Assembly (NCBI GenBank): GCA_965652625.1
Contig: CBFGWW010000001.1
Span: 1 to 53,050, forward strand
DNA length: 53,050 nucleotides
Reading direction: 5' to 3'
Source: an uncultured Agromyces sp.
GTDB lineage: Bacteria > Actinomycetota > Actinomycetes > Actinomycetales > Microbacteriaceae
The translations under genes and the position numbers were made by a program. The notes under the pieces were generated by a model that saw only the letters and a list, made by a program, of their open reading frames with translations, was not told the origin of the DNA and did no database searches. Shown piece after piece: positions 1-8,789 of the stretch (position 1 is the stretch's first letter; each line of letters opens with the position of its first letter).

Positions 1-175
1 GCCCGACGGCGACGCCCGGCCGGAGGAAGGGTCGCCCGAGGCGGGCACGTGGAGTGGGCCTGCTCCCGACGCGCCGGCGCCCGAAGCCACGGAGCCCGAC
101 GCCGACCCGACGCCGGCGCGCGACGCGGGCCCGGCGGCATCCGATCGCGACGGCGACGAGCGCGGTGCCGCGTGA
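1..175 (+). CDS. 3' end of a protein with an acidic, Pro-rich tail (possibly DUF3099 family by position), partial
   Basis: Frame +2 is open from the window start (PDGDARPEEGSPEAG...DERGAA) to TGA 173-175, which overlaps the next GTG start (GTGA). The family guess rests on gene order only. Confidence 0.45.
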   Translation, partial: PDGDARPEEGSPEAGTWSGPAPDAPAPEATEPDADPTPARDAGPAASDRDGDERGAA

Positions 176-417
176 TCGGCGGCATCGGGGCGGAACCCGC
201 CCAGGACGTCTGCTCGCGCGCCGCGTGCCGTGAGCCCGCGACCTGGCGCATCGACTGGCAGAACCCGCGCATCCACACCGGCGACCGGTGGAAGACCTGG
301 CTCGCGTGCGACGAGCACGTGGAGTACCTTCGCGGGTTCCTCGAGTCGCGGTCCTTCCCGGTGCGGGTCGCGGCCTTCGACCCGGTGACGGATGCCGCGG
401 CGGGGGCCGAGCCGTGA
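172..417 (+). CDS. Small conserved hypothetical protein with possible Cys/His metal ligands
   Basis: GTG 172; MIGGIG..CSRAACREPATWRIDWQNPRIH..WLACDEH..FL; GTGA overlaps with genes on both sides. Confidence 0.75.
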   Translation: MIGGIGAEPAQDVCSRAACREPATWRIDWQNPRIHTGDRWKTWLACDEHVEYLRGFLESRSFPVRVAAFDPVTDAAAGAEP

Positions 418-1295
418 GCGAATGGTCGTTCCTCAGGTCGTCGCGGTGGGCGGGCTACCTGGCGCTCGTGATCGTGTTCGCGATCGCGTGCAGCGCGCTC
501 GGCACGTGGCAGCTCAACCGCCGTGCGGAGGCGCTCACCGAGGTGGCCCGCATCGACGCGAACTACGACGCCGAGGCGGTCCCGGTGGCCGACGCGCTGC
601 CCGATCCGACCGGATTCGACGCCGACCAGCGCTGGCAGGTCGTCGCCCTCTCGGGCGAGTTCCTGGCCGACGACGAGGTCGTCGTTCGCAACCGCCCGTT
701 CGAGGGCAGCTCGGGCTTCGAGGTGATCACGCCGTTCCGCCTCGACGACGGCACCGTGTTCATGGTGAACCGAGGCTGGATCGCCCAGGACTCCGACGGC
801 CGGCCGAGCGAGTACGCCCCGCCGCCCGCCGGGCGTGTCGACGTCGAGGCGCGACTGAAGGCCGGCGAGGGCCGGATCGCCGGGCGCACGTCGACGGGGA
901 ACGAGCTCGCCACGATCGACCTCGACGAGCTCGCGGACCGGGTGGGCGGGCCGACCTACACGGGCGCGTACGGCCTGCTCGTGCAGCGCGGCGAGGACGC
1001 CGACGAGCCGCCCCTCGCGGCCGCGCGTCCGGTGCGCGACGAGGGTCCGCACCTCTCCTACGCGCTGCAGTGGTTCGTGTTCGCGCTGCTCGGGTTCGCC
1101 GGGCTCGTGTGGGCGGCGAACCAGGAGCGCAAGGGGCTCGCCGAGGCATCCGCCGCATCGGGTGCGACGACGGATGCCGCGACGGCGTCGGGCGAGCCGG
1201 CGTCGGGCACGCCCGTGCGGGCGCCGCGACGGCCGAAGCGCGAGCGGAAGGACGCCGACGCGGATCTCGAGGACGAGGTGCTGGACCGGCGGTAG
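414..1295 (+). CDS. SURF1 family protein (cytochrome oxidase biogenesis)
   Basis: N-terminal TM helix followed by LGTWQLNR; VNRGWI; C-terminal HLSYALQWFVF plus TM helix. Confidence 0.92.
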   Translation: MSEWSFLRSSRWAGYLALVIVFAIACSALGTWQLNRRAEALTEVARIDANYDAEAVPVADALPDPTGFDADQRWQVVALSGEFLADDEVVVRNRPFEGSSGFEVITPFRLDDGTVFMVNRGWIAQDSDGRPSEYAPPPAGRVDVEARLKAGEGRIAGRTSTGNELATIDLDELADRVGGPTYTGAYGLLVQRGEDADEPPLAAARPVRDEGPHLSYALQWFVFALLGFAGLVWAANQERKGLAEASAASGATTDAATASGEPASGTPVRAPRRPKRERKDADADLEDEVLDRR

Positions 1296-1337
1296 GCGAC
1301 CGTCCCGGTGCTCTCGGTCGCGGAGCGACCCGCGGCC

Positions 1338-2936
1338 TCACGCCAGCTCGATGAGCTCCTGGTACTCGCGCGACCAGTGGTCCTCGGTGCCGTCGGGCAT
1401 GATGAGCACGCGCTCGGGGTTGAGCGCCTCCACCGCGCCGGGGTCGTGGCTGACGAGCACGACCGAGCCCTCGTAATGCGCGAGCGCGTCGAGGATCTCC
1501 TCGCGGCTCGCAGGGTCGAGGTTGTTCGTCGGCTCGTCGAGCAGCAGCACGTTCGCACCCGACACGACGATCATCGCGAGCGCCAGGCGGGTCTTCTCGC
1601 CGCCCGAGAGCACGCCGGCGGGCTTGTGCACGTCGTCGCCCGTGAAGAGGAACGAGCCGAGCACCTTGCGCGCCTCGGTCTCGGTGAGGTTCGGCGACGC
1701 GCTCACCATGTTCTGCAGCACGGTGCGCTTCACGTCGAGCGTCTCGTGCTCCTGCGCGTAGTAGCCGATGCGGAGTCCGTGCCCCGGCTCGATCACGCCC
1801 GTGTCGGGGTCGTCGACGCCGGCGAGGATGCGGAGCAGCGTGGTCTTGCCCGCGCCGTTGAGCCCGATGATCACGACCTTCGAGCCGCGGTCGATCGCGA
1901 GGTCGACGGCCGTGAAGATCTCGAGGGAGCCGTAGCTCTTGGAGAGGTCGCTCGCGGTGAGCGGGGTGCGACCGCACGGCGCGGGCGTCGGGAAGCGGAG
2001 CTTGGCCACCCGGTCGACCGAGCGCACCTCCTCGAGCCCGGCGAGGAGCTTCTCGGCGCGCGCCACCATCTGGTGCGCCGCGGCCGCCTTCGACGCCTTC
2101 GCGCCGAACTTCGCCGCCTGCATCTGCAGGACGCCGGCCTTCTTCTCGGCGTTGGCGCGCTCCTTCTTGCGGCGCTCCTCGTCGGCAGCGCGCTGGCGCA
2201 GGTAGTGCTTCCAGCCCATGTTGTAGATGTCGATGACCGAGCGGTTCGCGTCGAGGTAGAACACGCGGTTCACGACCTCGCCGACGAGCTCGACGTCGTG
2301 GCTGATCACGATGACGCCGCCCTTGTAGCCCTTGAGGAACTCGCGGAGCCAGACGACCGAGTCGGCGTCGAGGTGGTTCGTGGGCTCGTCGAGGATCATC
2401 GTCTCGGCGTCGGAGAAGAGGATGCGGGCGAGTTCGATGCGGCGGCGCTGGCCGCCCGACAGGGTCTTCAGCGGCTGGTCGAGGATGCGGTCGGGCAGGT
2501 TGAGGTTCGACGCGATCGACGCGGCCTCCGCCTCGGCGGCGTAGCCGCCGAGGGCCGTGAAGCGGTCGGTGAGGTTGCCGTACTTCTTCATCGCGCGCTC
2601 GGCGGCCGCCGGGTCGTCGCTGCCCATCTGCACGGATGCCTCGTGCATGCCGAGGACGAGGGAGCCGAGTCCGCGCGCGTCGAGGATTCGCGTGCGCGCA
2701 AGCATGTCGGGATCGCCCGAACGCGGATCCTGCGGGAGGTACCCGATCTCGCCCGAGCGGTCGATGCGCCCGCCGGTCGGCAGGGTCTCGCCCGCGAGCG
2801 TCTTCGTGAGGGTCGTCTTGCCGGCGCCGTTGCGGCCGACGAGTCCCACCTTGTCGCCCGAGGAGACGCGGAAGTCCACGTGCTCCATGAGCACGCGCGC
2901 GCCGATGCGGATCTCGAGGTCGTGGACGGCGAGCAC
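1338..2936 (-). CDS. ABC-F family ATP-binding protein
   Basis: Two ABC domains (GRNGAGKT/LSGGQ/LDEPTNHLD and GLNGAGKT/LSGGE/LDEPTNNLD), no TM segments; GTG 2936 preceded by GGAGG. Confidence 0.95.
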   Translation of the reverse strand: MLAVHDLEIRIGARVLMEHVDFRVSSGDKVGLVGRNGAGKTTLTKTLAGETLPTGGRIDRSGEIGYLPQDPRSGDPDMLARTRILDARGLGSLVLGMHEASVQMGSDDPAAAERAMKKYGNLTDRFTALGGYAAEAEAASIASNLNLPDRILDQPLKTLSGGQRRRIELARILFSDAETMILDEPTNHLDADSVVWLREFLKGYKGGVIVISHDVELVGEVVNRVFYLDANRSVIDIYNMGWKHYLRQRAADEERRKKERANAEKKAGVLQMQAAKFGAKASKAAAAHQMVARAEKLLAGLEEVRSVDRVAKLRFPTPAPCGRTPLTASDLSKSYGSLEIFTAVDLAIDRGSKVVIIGLNGAGKTTLLRILAGVDDPDTGVIEPGHGLRIGYYAQEHETLDVKRTVLQNMVSASPNLTETEARKVLGSFLFTGDDVHKPAGVLSGGEKTRLALAMIVVSGANVLLLDEPTNNLDPASREEILDALAHYEGSVVLVSHDPGAVEALNPERVLIMPDGTEDHWSREYQELIELA

Positions 2937-3099
2937 GGGAATCCTCCGGGCGGAACGGGTGGTGGGCGACGTGCCGAGCGGCACAGCCGCCCAGTCTATC
3001 GCCCGCAGCGTGCGTGATCGCCGCGCGCGGAGCGGTGCCCGCGGGGAAGGACGGCCGGTCGGCTGAGCGGATGTCGCCGGCATCCGCCAGACTCGAGGC

Positions 3100-4197
3100 A
3101 TGCCGAAGCCCGCCAGCACGGCCCGCCTGCGGGCCGCTCGCCTCGCGGCGCACGGACTCCGCGAGGGGCTGCCCACGATCGCCGACGCCGTCCGTCGCCT
3201 GGGCGCCGTGCAGGCGCAGGACTTCGTCGCGGCGAGATGGGTGCTCGGCGCACGGGTCCCGGGCTCCGTGAGCGCCGACGTCGACGCGGCGCTCGAGGCG
3301 CGCGAGGTCGTGCGCTCCTGGCCCATGCGCGGGACCCTGCACATCCTCCCCACCGAGCAGCTCCGTCCGATCCTGTCGATCACCGGGGCTCGCGAGCTCC
3401 GAAGGGCGACGCTCACGCACCGCACGCTCGAGCTCGACGAGGCGACCTACGTGCGGGCGCGCGCCGTGGCCGAGCGCGTCCTCGCCGGCGAGGCGATGTC
3501 CCGTGAGGAGTTGACGGGCGCGTGGGAGGCGGCCGGCATCTCGACGGCGGGCCAGCGCGGGTACCACCTCATCTGGTGGCTCGCCCTGGAGGCGGTGATC
3601 TGCTGCGGTCCGGTCGATGGGCGCACCCAGCGCTTCGTCCTGCTCGACGACTGGGCGCCGCGGCAGGGCACCCTGCCCGAGCGCGACGAGATCCTCGCGG
3701 GCCTGTTCACGGCGTACGTCGCCGGACACGGTCCCGCGACGGTGCAGGACTTCGCGTGGTGGGCCGGGCTCACGCTCGGCGACGCGCGCACGGCCCTCGC
3801 GGCCGCGGGCGACGCCGTCGTCGCGTTCGACGCGGAGCGGGTCGTGACCGCCGACGCCGGCTGGGCGGCCGATCCCGACGCCGCGGCGCCGCGGGCGGCC
3901 GGGCGCTACGCGCTCGCCGCCTTCGACGAGTACTTCCTCGGCTACCGCGACCGCGCGCCGGTCTGCGAGCCGCTCCACGCCGGCCGCGTGGTGCCGGGCG
4001 GCAACGGCGTGTTCCAGCCGATCCTCGTCGCGGGCGGCGTGGTCGAGGGGCTGTGGAAGGTCGCGCGGGCTCGAGGCGGGGCATCCGTCGCCCTGCACGG
4101 CTTCGACGGCGACCTCGAGCCGTCGCGGTACCGACCAGCCGTTGCGAGGTGGGCACGCTTCACCGGCGAGCGCCTCGACGCGGTCACGACGGCCTGA
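3100..4197 (+). CDS. AlkZ/YcaQ-like (HTH_42) winged-helix DNA glycosylase
   Basis: AVQAQD motif, RSWPMRGTLH, GPATVQDFAWWAG, FDEYFLGYRDR. Confidence 0.88.
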   Translation: MPKPASTARLRAARLAAHGLREGLPTIADAVRRLGAVQAQDFVAARWVLGARVPGSVSADVDAALEAREVVRSWPMRGTLHILPTEQLRPILSITGARELRRATLTHRTLELDEATYVRARAVAERVLAGEAMSREELTGAWEAAGISTAGQRGYHLIWWLALEAVICCGPVDGRTQRFVLLDDWAPRQGTLPERDEILAGLFTAYVAGHGPATVQDFAWWAGLTLGDARTALAAAGDAVVAFDAERVVTADAGWAADPDAAAPRAAGRYALAAFDEYFLGYRDRAPVCEPLHAGRVVPGGNGVFQPILVAGGVVEGLWKVARARGGASVALHGFDGDLEPSRYRPAVARWARFTGERLDAVTTA

Positions 4198-4234
4198 GCC
4201 GATCGACGCCGCACTTCCCCCGCCCCCCGAACGC

Positions 4235-4271
4235 CGAGCGGGCGGCGCCGACTGCCGGCACCGCCCGCTCG
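4235..4271. terminator. GC-rich hairpin between convergent genes
   Basis: CGAGCGGGCGG...CCGCCCGCTCG inverted repeat between stops at 4197 and 4283. Confidence 0.6.
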
Positions 4272-4282
4272 CACGCGTCGGA

Positions 4283-4843
4283 CTACTGCTCGAGCGCAGC
4301 CTGGAGCTCGAGCGTGATGGTCACCTGGTCGCCGAGGAGCACGCCGCCGGTCTCGAGGGCCGCGTTGTAGGTGAGGCCGAAGTCCTCGCGGTTCACGACG
4401 GCCTTCGCAGTGGCGCCGCCCTTGTAGTTGCCGTAGGGGTCGCCGCCGAAGCCGCCGAAGTCGAAGTCGAAGGTCACGGGCTTGGTGATGCCGCGCATCG
4501 TGAGGTCGCCGTCCACCTTGAAGTCGCCGCCCTCGACGCGCACGCCGGTCGAGACGAACTCGATCGTCGGGTGGGTCTCCGCCTCGAAGAAGTCGCCGGT
4601 GCGCAGGTGCGCATCGCGGTTCGGCTCGTTCGTCGTGATCGACGCGACCTCGGCGGACGCGGTCACCTGGGAGTCGAGGGGGTTCTCGGCCGTGACGAAG
4701 GTGGCGTCGAAGCGCTCGAACTTGCCCTTCACCTTGCTGATCATGAGGTGGCGGATGCTGAAGCCGACCTCGCTGTGCGCGGTGTCGACCTTCCAGGTGC
4801 CCACTCGGTAGCCGGGGATCTCGATCGTGGCGGTGCTCGTCAT
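4283..4843 (-). CDS. YceI family polyisoprenoid-binding protein
   Basis: WKVDTAHSEVGFSIRH, RDAHLRTGDFF, GDLTMRGITKPV, NREDFGL. Confidence 0.95.
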   Translation of the reverse strand: MTSTATIEIPGYRVGTWKVDTAHSEVGFSIRHLMISKVKGKFERFDATFVTAENPLDSQVTASAEVASITTNEPNRDAHLRTGDFFEAETHPTIEFVSTGVRVEGGDFKVDGDLTMRGITKPVTFDFDFGGFGGDPYGNYKGGATAKAVVNREDFGLTYNAALETGGVLLGDQVTITLELQAALEQ

Positions 4844-4918
4844 AGTGCGTTGTTCTCCGTGTTCGGTTCGTGCGGCCGGATCAGCCACACTCGATACGAA
4901 CGCATTGATATGTCGCGT

Positions 4919-6097
4919 CTATTCCCCGGGTCCGGAATCCGCCTCCTCGACGGCGATCGTGCGACGGAGCGTGAGCACCCGCTCGACCGCGTCGTCGAGG
5001 CGCTCCTCGCTCAGACGGCCCGACTCGACGGCGCCCGTCAGGGACCCGACGAGGCCGTCGACCGAGATGCCGACCTCCGCCGGATCAGCAGGCAGCACGT
5101 AGAGGAGCAGGTCGCAGCCGGCGGCGACCGCGCGCACGGCGTTCTCGCCCGGATCGGCGTACTCGGGCAGGTCGTTGCGCTGCAGCATGAGCATGTCGTC
5201 GCTCACGACGACGCCGTCGAAGCCCAGCTCATCGCGGAGGATCCGGTGCCACTCCGGCGAGAGCGACGCCGGCGCCTGGTCGATCGCCGGGTACGCCAGG
5301 TGACCCGTCATCACGAGCTCGGCGCCGGCGTCGATGCCCGCCTCGAACGGGACGGCCGGTCCGGCGCGCCACTCGTCGATCGTGAGGGGAGCCGTCGGGA
5401 TGCTCGTGTGCGAGTCGCCGGGAGCGGCGCCGTGGCCCGGGAAGTGCTTGAGCGTGCTCTCCACGACGTGGCGCTCGCCCGACACGGCTGCGGCCACGCG
5501 ATCGGCGGCAGCCCTCGGGTCGGTCCCGAGGATGCGGCCCGCGATGAACGACTCGGGATCGGGCGTGACGTCGGCGACGATCCCGAAGTTCACCGAGACG
5601 CCCGCATCGGCGAGAGCCGTGGCGCGGGCGGCGAACGCGTCCTCGGATGCCGCGGGCGGCTCGTTGCGCAGCACGTCCGCGCCGGGCTGGCCGTCCCAGG
5701 GCAGTCGCTGCACCTCGCCGCCCTCCTCGTCGATCCCGATGAGCGTGGGGGCCTCGGGATCGGCCTGCACCGACGCCGTCAGCTCGGCCAGCTCGGGCGG
5801 GGTCGCGGGCATGTTGTCGCCCATGAGGATGAGCCCCGACACGCCCTGGTCGACGTAGGCGCGCAGCGGCGCGGGGTCGACGCCCGGGGCGTGGAGCATG
5901 AGCAGCGCGGCCGCCTTCTGCTCGGCGGTCAGCTCCGACATCCGCTCGTCGACCCAGTCGCCGACGGGATCGACGGACCGCGACGGCGCGGCCTCCTCGG
6001 GCGTCCGCTCGGCGGGCGGCGGCGCGACACAGGCGGCGGTACCGGCGAGCACGGCCACGGCCAGCAGCGGCAGGATCGTCGTTCTCGTCGTTCGCAC
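4919..6097 (-). CDS. GH3 beta-N-acetylglucosaminidase (NagZ-type), predicted lipoprotein
   Basis: IDEEGGEVQRL; KHFPGHG-x4-DSH NagZ signature; SDDMLM nucleophile region; signal peptide ending in TAAC; TACACT -10 element 7 nt before GTG. Confidence 0.88.
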   Translation of the reverse strand: MRTTRTTILPLLAVAVLAGTAACVAPPPAERTPEEAAPSRSVDPVGDWVDERMSELTAEQKAAALLMLHAPGVDPAPLRAYVDQGVSGLILMGDNMPATPPELAELTASVQADPEAPTLIGIDEEGGEVQRLPWDGQPGADVLRNEPPAASEDAFAARATALADAGVSVNFGIVADVTPDPESFIAGRILGTDPRAAADRVAAAVSGERHVVESTLKHFPGHGAAPGDSHTSIPTAPLTIDEWRAGPAVPFEAGIDAGAELVMTGHLAYPAIDQAPASLSPEWHRILRDELGFDGVVVSDDMLMLQRNDLPEYADPGENAVRAVAAGCDLLLYVLPADPAEVGISVDGLVGSLTGAVESGRLSEERLDDAVERVLTLRRTIAVEEADSGPGE

Positions 6098-6176
6098 CGG
6101 CCCGAGTGTACGCTGCGTGTCCGAACGTCCGCCGAGCAGGCTCGTGGGTAGACTCGCGGGGCTCGGAGGGGGTCCT

Positions 6177-7313
6177 GTGCGAATCGGAGGGAAGGTGGTC
6201 GCGGGCATCGCGGTGGTGCTCGCCGTGCTCGCCCTGCCCGCCGTGCCGGCCGTCGCCGAGGACTATCCGACCTGGGACGAGGTGCAGGCCGCGAAGGCCG
6301 ACGTGACGACGCGCGAGGCCGAGGCGACGCGCATCACCGCCTTCGTCGACGAGCTCGAGGCGGAGGCCGGGCGCCTCGGCGACGCCGCCGTCGAGGCCGC
6401 CGCGGCATCCGCTGCAGCCGAGTCGGCGCGCGCCGCCGCCGAGACGCGCGCGACGACCCTGCGCACGCGGGCCGACGCCGCCGCGGCCGAAGCCGAGGCA
6501 TCCGCCGCCCGCCTCGGACGCGTGAGCGCGGTACTCGCCCGCTCGGGCGGCGCGGACGTGGGACTGCGGCTCTTCTTCGACGACGGCAGCGCATCCGACC
6601 TGCTCATGGGGCTCTCCCGCGCGGCGCAGCTCGCCGACCTCTACGGCGGGGTCGCGGCACAGGCGAAGGCCACGCGAGCGGATGCCGCGGCGCTGAGCGA
6701 CCAGGCGGACGTCGCGGAGTCCGAGCGCACGCGCCTCGCCGCCGAGGCCATGGCGGCCGCCGTCGAGGCCGAGGCGGCGCACGAGGCCGCCGAGGCGCGC
6801 GTGGTCGAGCAGCAGGGCGTGCTCGACACCCTCTACGCCCAGCTCGCGAGCCTGCGCGACCGCACGGTCGAGCTCGAGCGGCAGTACCGGATCGGCGAGC
6901 AGGTCGCCCGGGAGCAGGCCGCCCGGGCCGCCGCCGCTGCCGCCGCCGCAGCGGCCGGGGCGTCGAGCGGCGGCAGCAGCGGTCCGCCACCGCCGGGCGT
7001 CGTCGTCGACCGGGCGGGGGCGAAAGCGTACGCCGCGAGCCGCATGGGGGCCTATGGCTGGGGCTCCGACCAGTTCCGGTGCCTCGACCTGCTCTGGACA
7101 CGGGAGTCGGGCTGGCGCGCCGACGCCTACAACGCGTCGAGCGGCGCATACGGCATCCCGCAGTCGCTGCCCGGCAGCAAGATGGCGAGCGCGGGTGCCG
7201 ACTGGCGCACGAACGCTGCCACGCAGATCAACTGGGGCCTCGGCTACATCAAAGCCCGCTACGGCTCGCCGTGCGCGGCGTGGGCCCATTCCGAGGCGGT
7301 CAACTGGTACTGA
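6177..7313 (+). CDS. Secreted coiled-coil protein with a C-terminal lysozyme-like lytic transglycosylase domain
   Basis: Signal peptide (AVA-E), long Ala/Glu coiled coil, RESGW...AYGIPQSLPGSKM...TQINWGLGYIKARYGSPCAAW; GGAGG RBS. Confidence 0.88.
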   Translation: MRIGGKVVAGIAVVLAVLALPAVPAVAEDYPTWDEVQAAKADVTTREAEATRITAFVDELEAEAGRLGDAAVEAAAASAAAESARAAAETRATTLRTRADAAAAEAEASAARLGRVSAVLARSGGADVGLRLFFDDGSASDLLMGLSRAAQLADLYGGVAAQAKATRADAAALSDQADVAESERTRLAAEAMAAAVEAEAAHEAAEARVVEQQGVLDTLYAQLASLRDRTVELERQYRIGEQVAREQAARAAAAAAAAAAGASSGGSSGPPPPGVVVDRAGAKAYAASRMGAYGWGSDQFRCLDLLWTRESGWRADAYNASSGAYGIPQSLPGSKMASAGADWRTNAATQINWGLGYIKARYGSPCAAWAHSEAVNWY

Positions 7314-7362
7314 CCGGCCGGTCGGTCCGCGAGGCCCGCCCGCGCAGTCCAGACTGGTACGG

Positions 7363-8190
7363 ATGCGCGACCAGGACGAGCTCGAGGTGTTCCGCCGGCA
7401 CGGCGCGGAGGGCGTGCTGCTGCTCGGCGGCGGCGCGGCCCTCCTCCTGCAGCTCGCCGATCCCCGGATCGCCCACGGCGTGGTGCGGCACAGCGACTTC
7501 CGCACCCGCCCGCTCGATCGTCTCGTCGGCACCCTCGACTACATCTACGCGATCGGCTTCGGCGACGACGAGACCGTGCGTGCCGCGGTCCGGGCGGTCA
7601 ACGCGGCGCACGTGCCCGTGCGCGCCACCGCCGGCGACGGACGCCCGGCCTACAGTGCGTTCGACGCGGATGCGCAGCGCTGGGTGGCCTCGACGCTCGC
7701 GGCGGTGGCGCTCGAGCTGCGGGAGCGGCTCTGGGGCCCGGTCGATGAGGCGACGGGCGACGCCATCGTCCGCGGATACGCCGCGGTGGGCCACCGACTC
7801 CAGGCGACGCGCGAGGGATGGCCCGAGACGCGAGCCGAGTTCGACGCGTGGTGGACCGACCGCGCCGAGCGGCTGGCGGTGGGCGACGAGGCCCGTGCGG
7901 TCGCGCGCGCGCTGCTGTCGCGGGAGGCCGGGTTCCCGGCCGGTGCGGCGACGCTCCTCGCCCCCGTTCGGCTCCTCACCGCGGCGCTCCTGCCGGCGCC
8001 CGTCCGCGAGGCGTACGGCTTCCGCTGGACGCCGCGCACCGAGCGCATCGCGAACGGATGGATCCGCGGCATCGGCGCCGTCTGGCCGCTCCTTCCGCGG
8101 GCCGTCAGGCACGCCCCGATGCGCGCATCCCTCCGTCGCGCGAAGCGCCGCAGCCGCTACGCTGGGCTTGAGCACCGAGGACGACGATGA
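7363..8190 (+). CDS. MpaB/Lcp-like oxygenase family protein (DUF2236)
   Basis: AALLLQLADPRIAHGVVRHSDF, PLDRLVGT, VNAAH, YSAFDA, WPETRAEFDAWW. Confidence 0.85.
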   Translation: MRDQDELEVFRRHGAEGVLLLGGGAALLLQLADPRIAHGVVRHSDFRTRPLDRLVGTLDYIYAIGFGDDETVRAAVRAVNAAHVPVRATAGDGRPAYSAFDADAQRWVASTLAAVALELRERLWGPVDEATGDAIVRGYAAVGHRLQATREGWPETRAEFDAWWTDRAERLAVGDEARAVARALLSREAGFPAGAATLLAPVRLLTAALLPAPVREAYGFRWTPRTERIANGWIRGIGAVWPLLPRAVRHAPMRASLRRAKRRSRYAGLEHRGRR

Positions 8191-8681
8191 CCCAGCCAGC
8201 ACCGCACCGGAACGAGCCGCTCGACAGCATCGATCGGCGCATCGTCGCGGAGCTCAGTCGCGACGGCCGCCTCTCCGTGCGCACGCTCGCGGAGCGCGTC
8301 CACATCTCCCGCACGGCCGCGCACAACCGCGTGCAGCAGCTGCAGAAGCGCGGCGTCATCACGGGCTTCGGAGCGCAGATCGACCGCAAGGCGATCGGCC
8401 TGAACATCTCGGCGCTCGTCGTCGTGCGCATCGGCGAGGTGTCGTGGGAGCAGATCGCCGCGAAGCTCGCCACCCTCCCCTTCGTCGAGAAGGTGCAGGC
8501 CGTCTCGGGTGACATCGACATCATGCTCACGGTGAGCGCGCCCGACCACGAGCAGCTGAGCCAGGCCATCCTCCGCGACATCCACGACATGCCGGGCGTG
8601 GTGTCCACGCGGTCGCACCTGATCCTCGCCGAACTCGACGGCCATCCGCCCGCGCAGACCCTGGACATCTGGCGCACCTGA
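8187..8681 (+). CDS. Lrp/AsnC family transcriptional regulator (BkdR-like by position)
   Basis: LDSIDRRIVAELSRDGRLS HTH, GVITGF, VSGDIDIML; directly upstream of E1/E2 genes. Confidence 0.93.
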   Translation: MTQPAPHRNEPLDSIDRRIVAELSRDGRLSVRTLAERVHISRTAAHNRVQQLQKRGVITGFGAQIDRKAIGLNISALVVVRIGEVSWEQIAAKLATLPFVEKVQAVSGDIDIMLTVSAPDHEQLSQAILRDIHDMPGVVSTRSHLILAELDGHPPAQTLDIWRT

Positions 8682-8789
8682 GGCCGCTCCGGGCGGACGA
8701 ACGGCAACCGTTTCACGCTGGCAGTGCCGTTCGTTCACGCTTGTCCGAGACGTCCAGCGAGCGCCTCCGGATGGGCGGACGATGGCCGT

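Noticed and set aside
6920-6990. GCC-rich run encoding poly-Ala/Gly-Ser
   Set aside because: Ordinary low-complexity linker between the coiled coil and the catalytic domain
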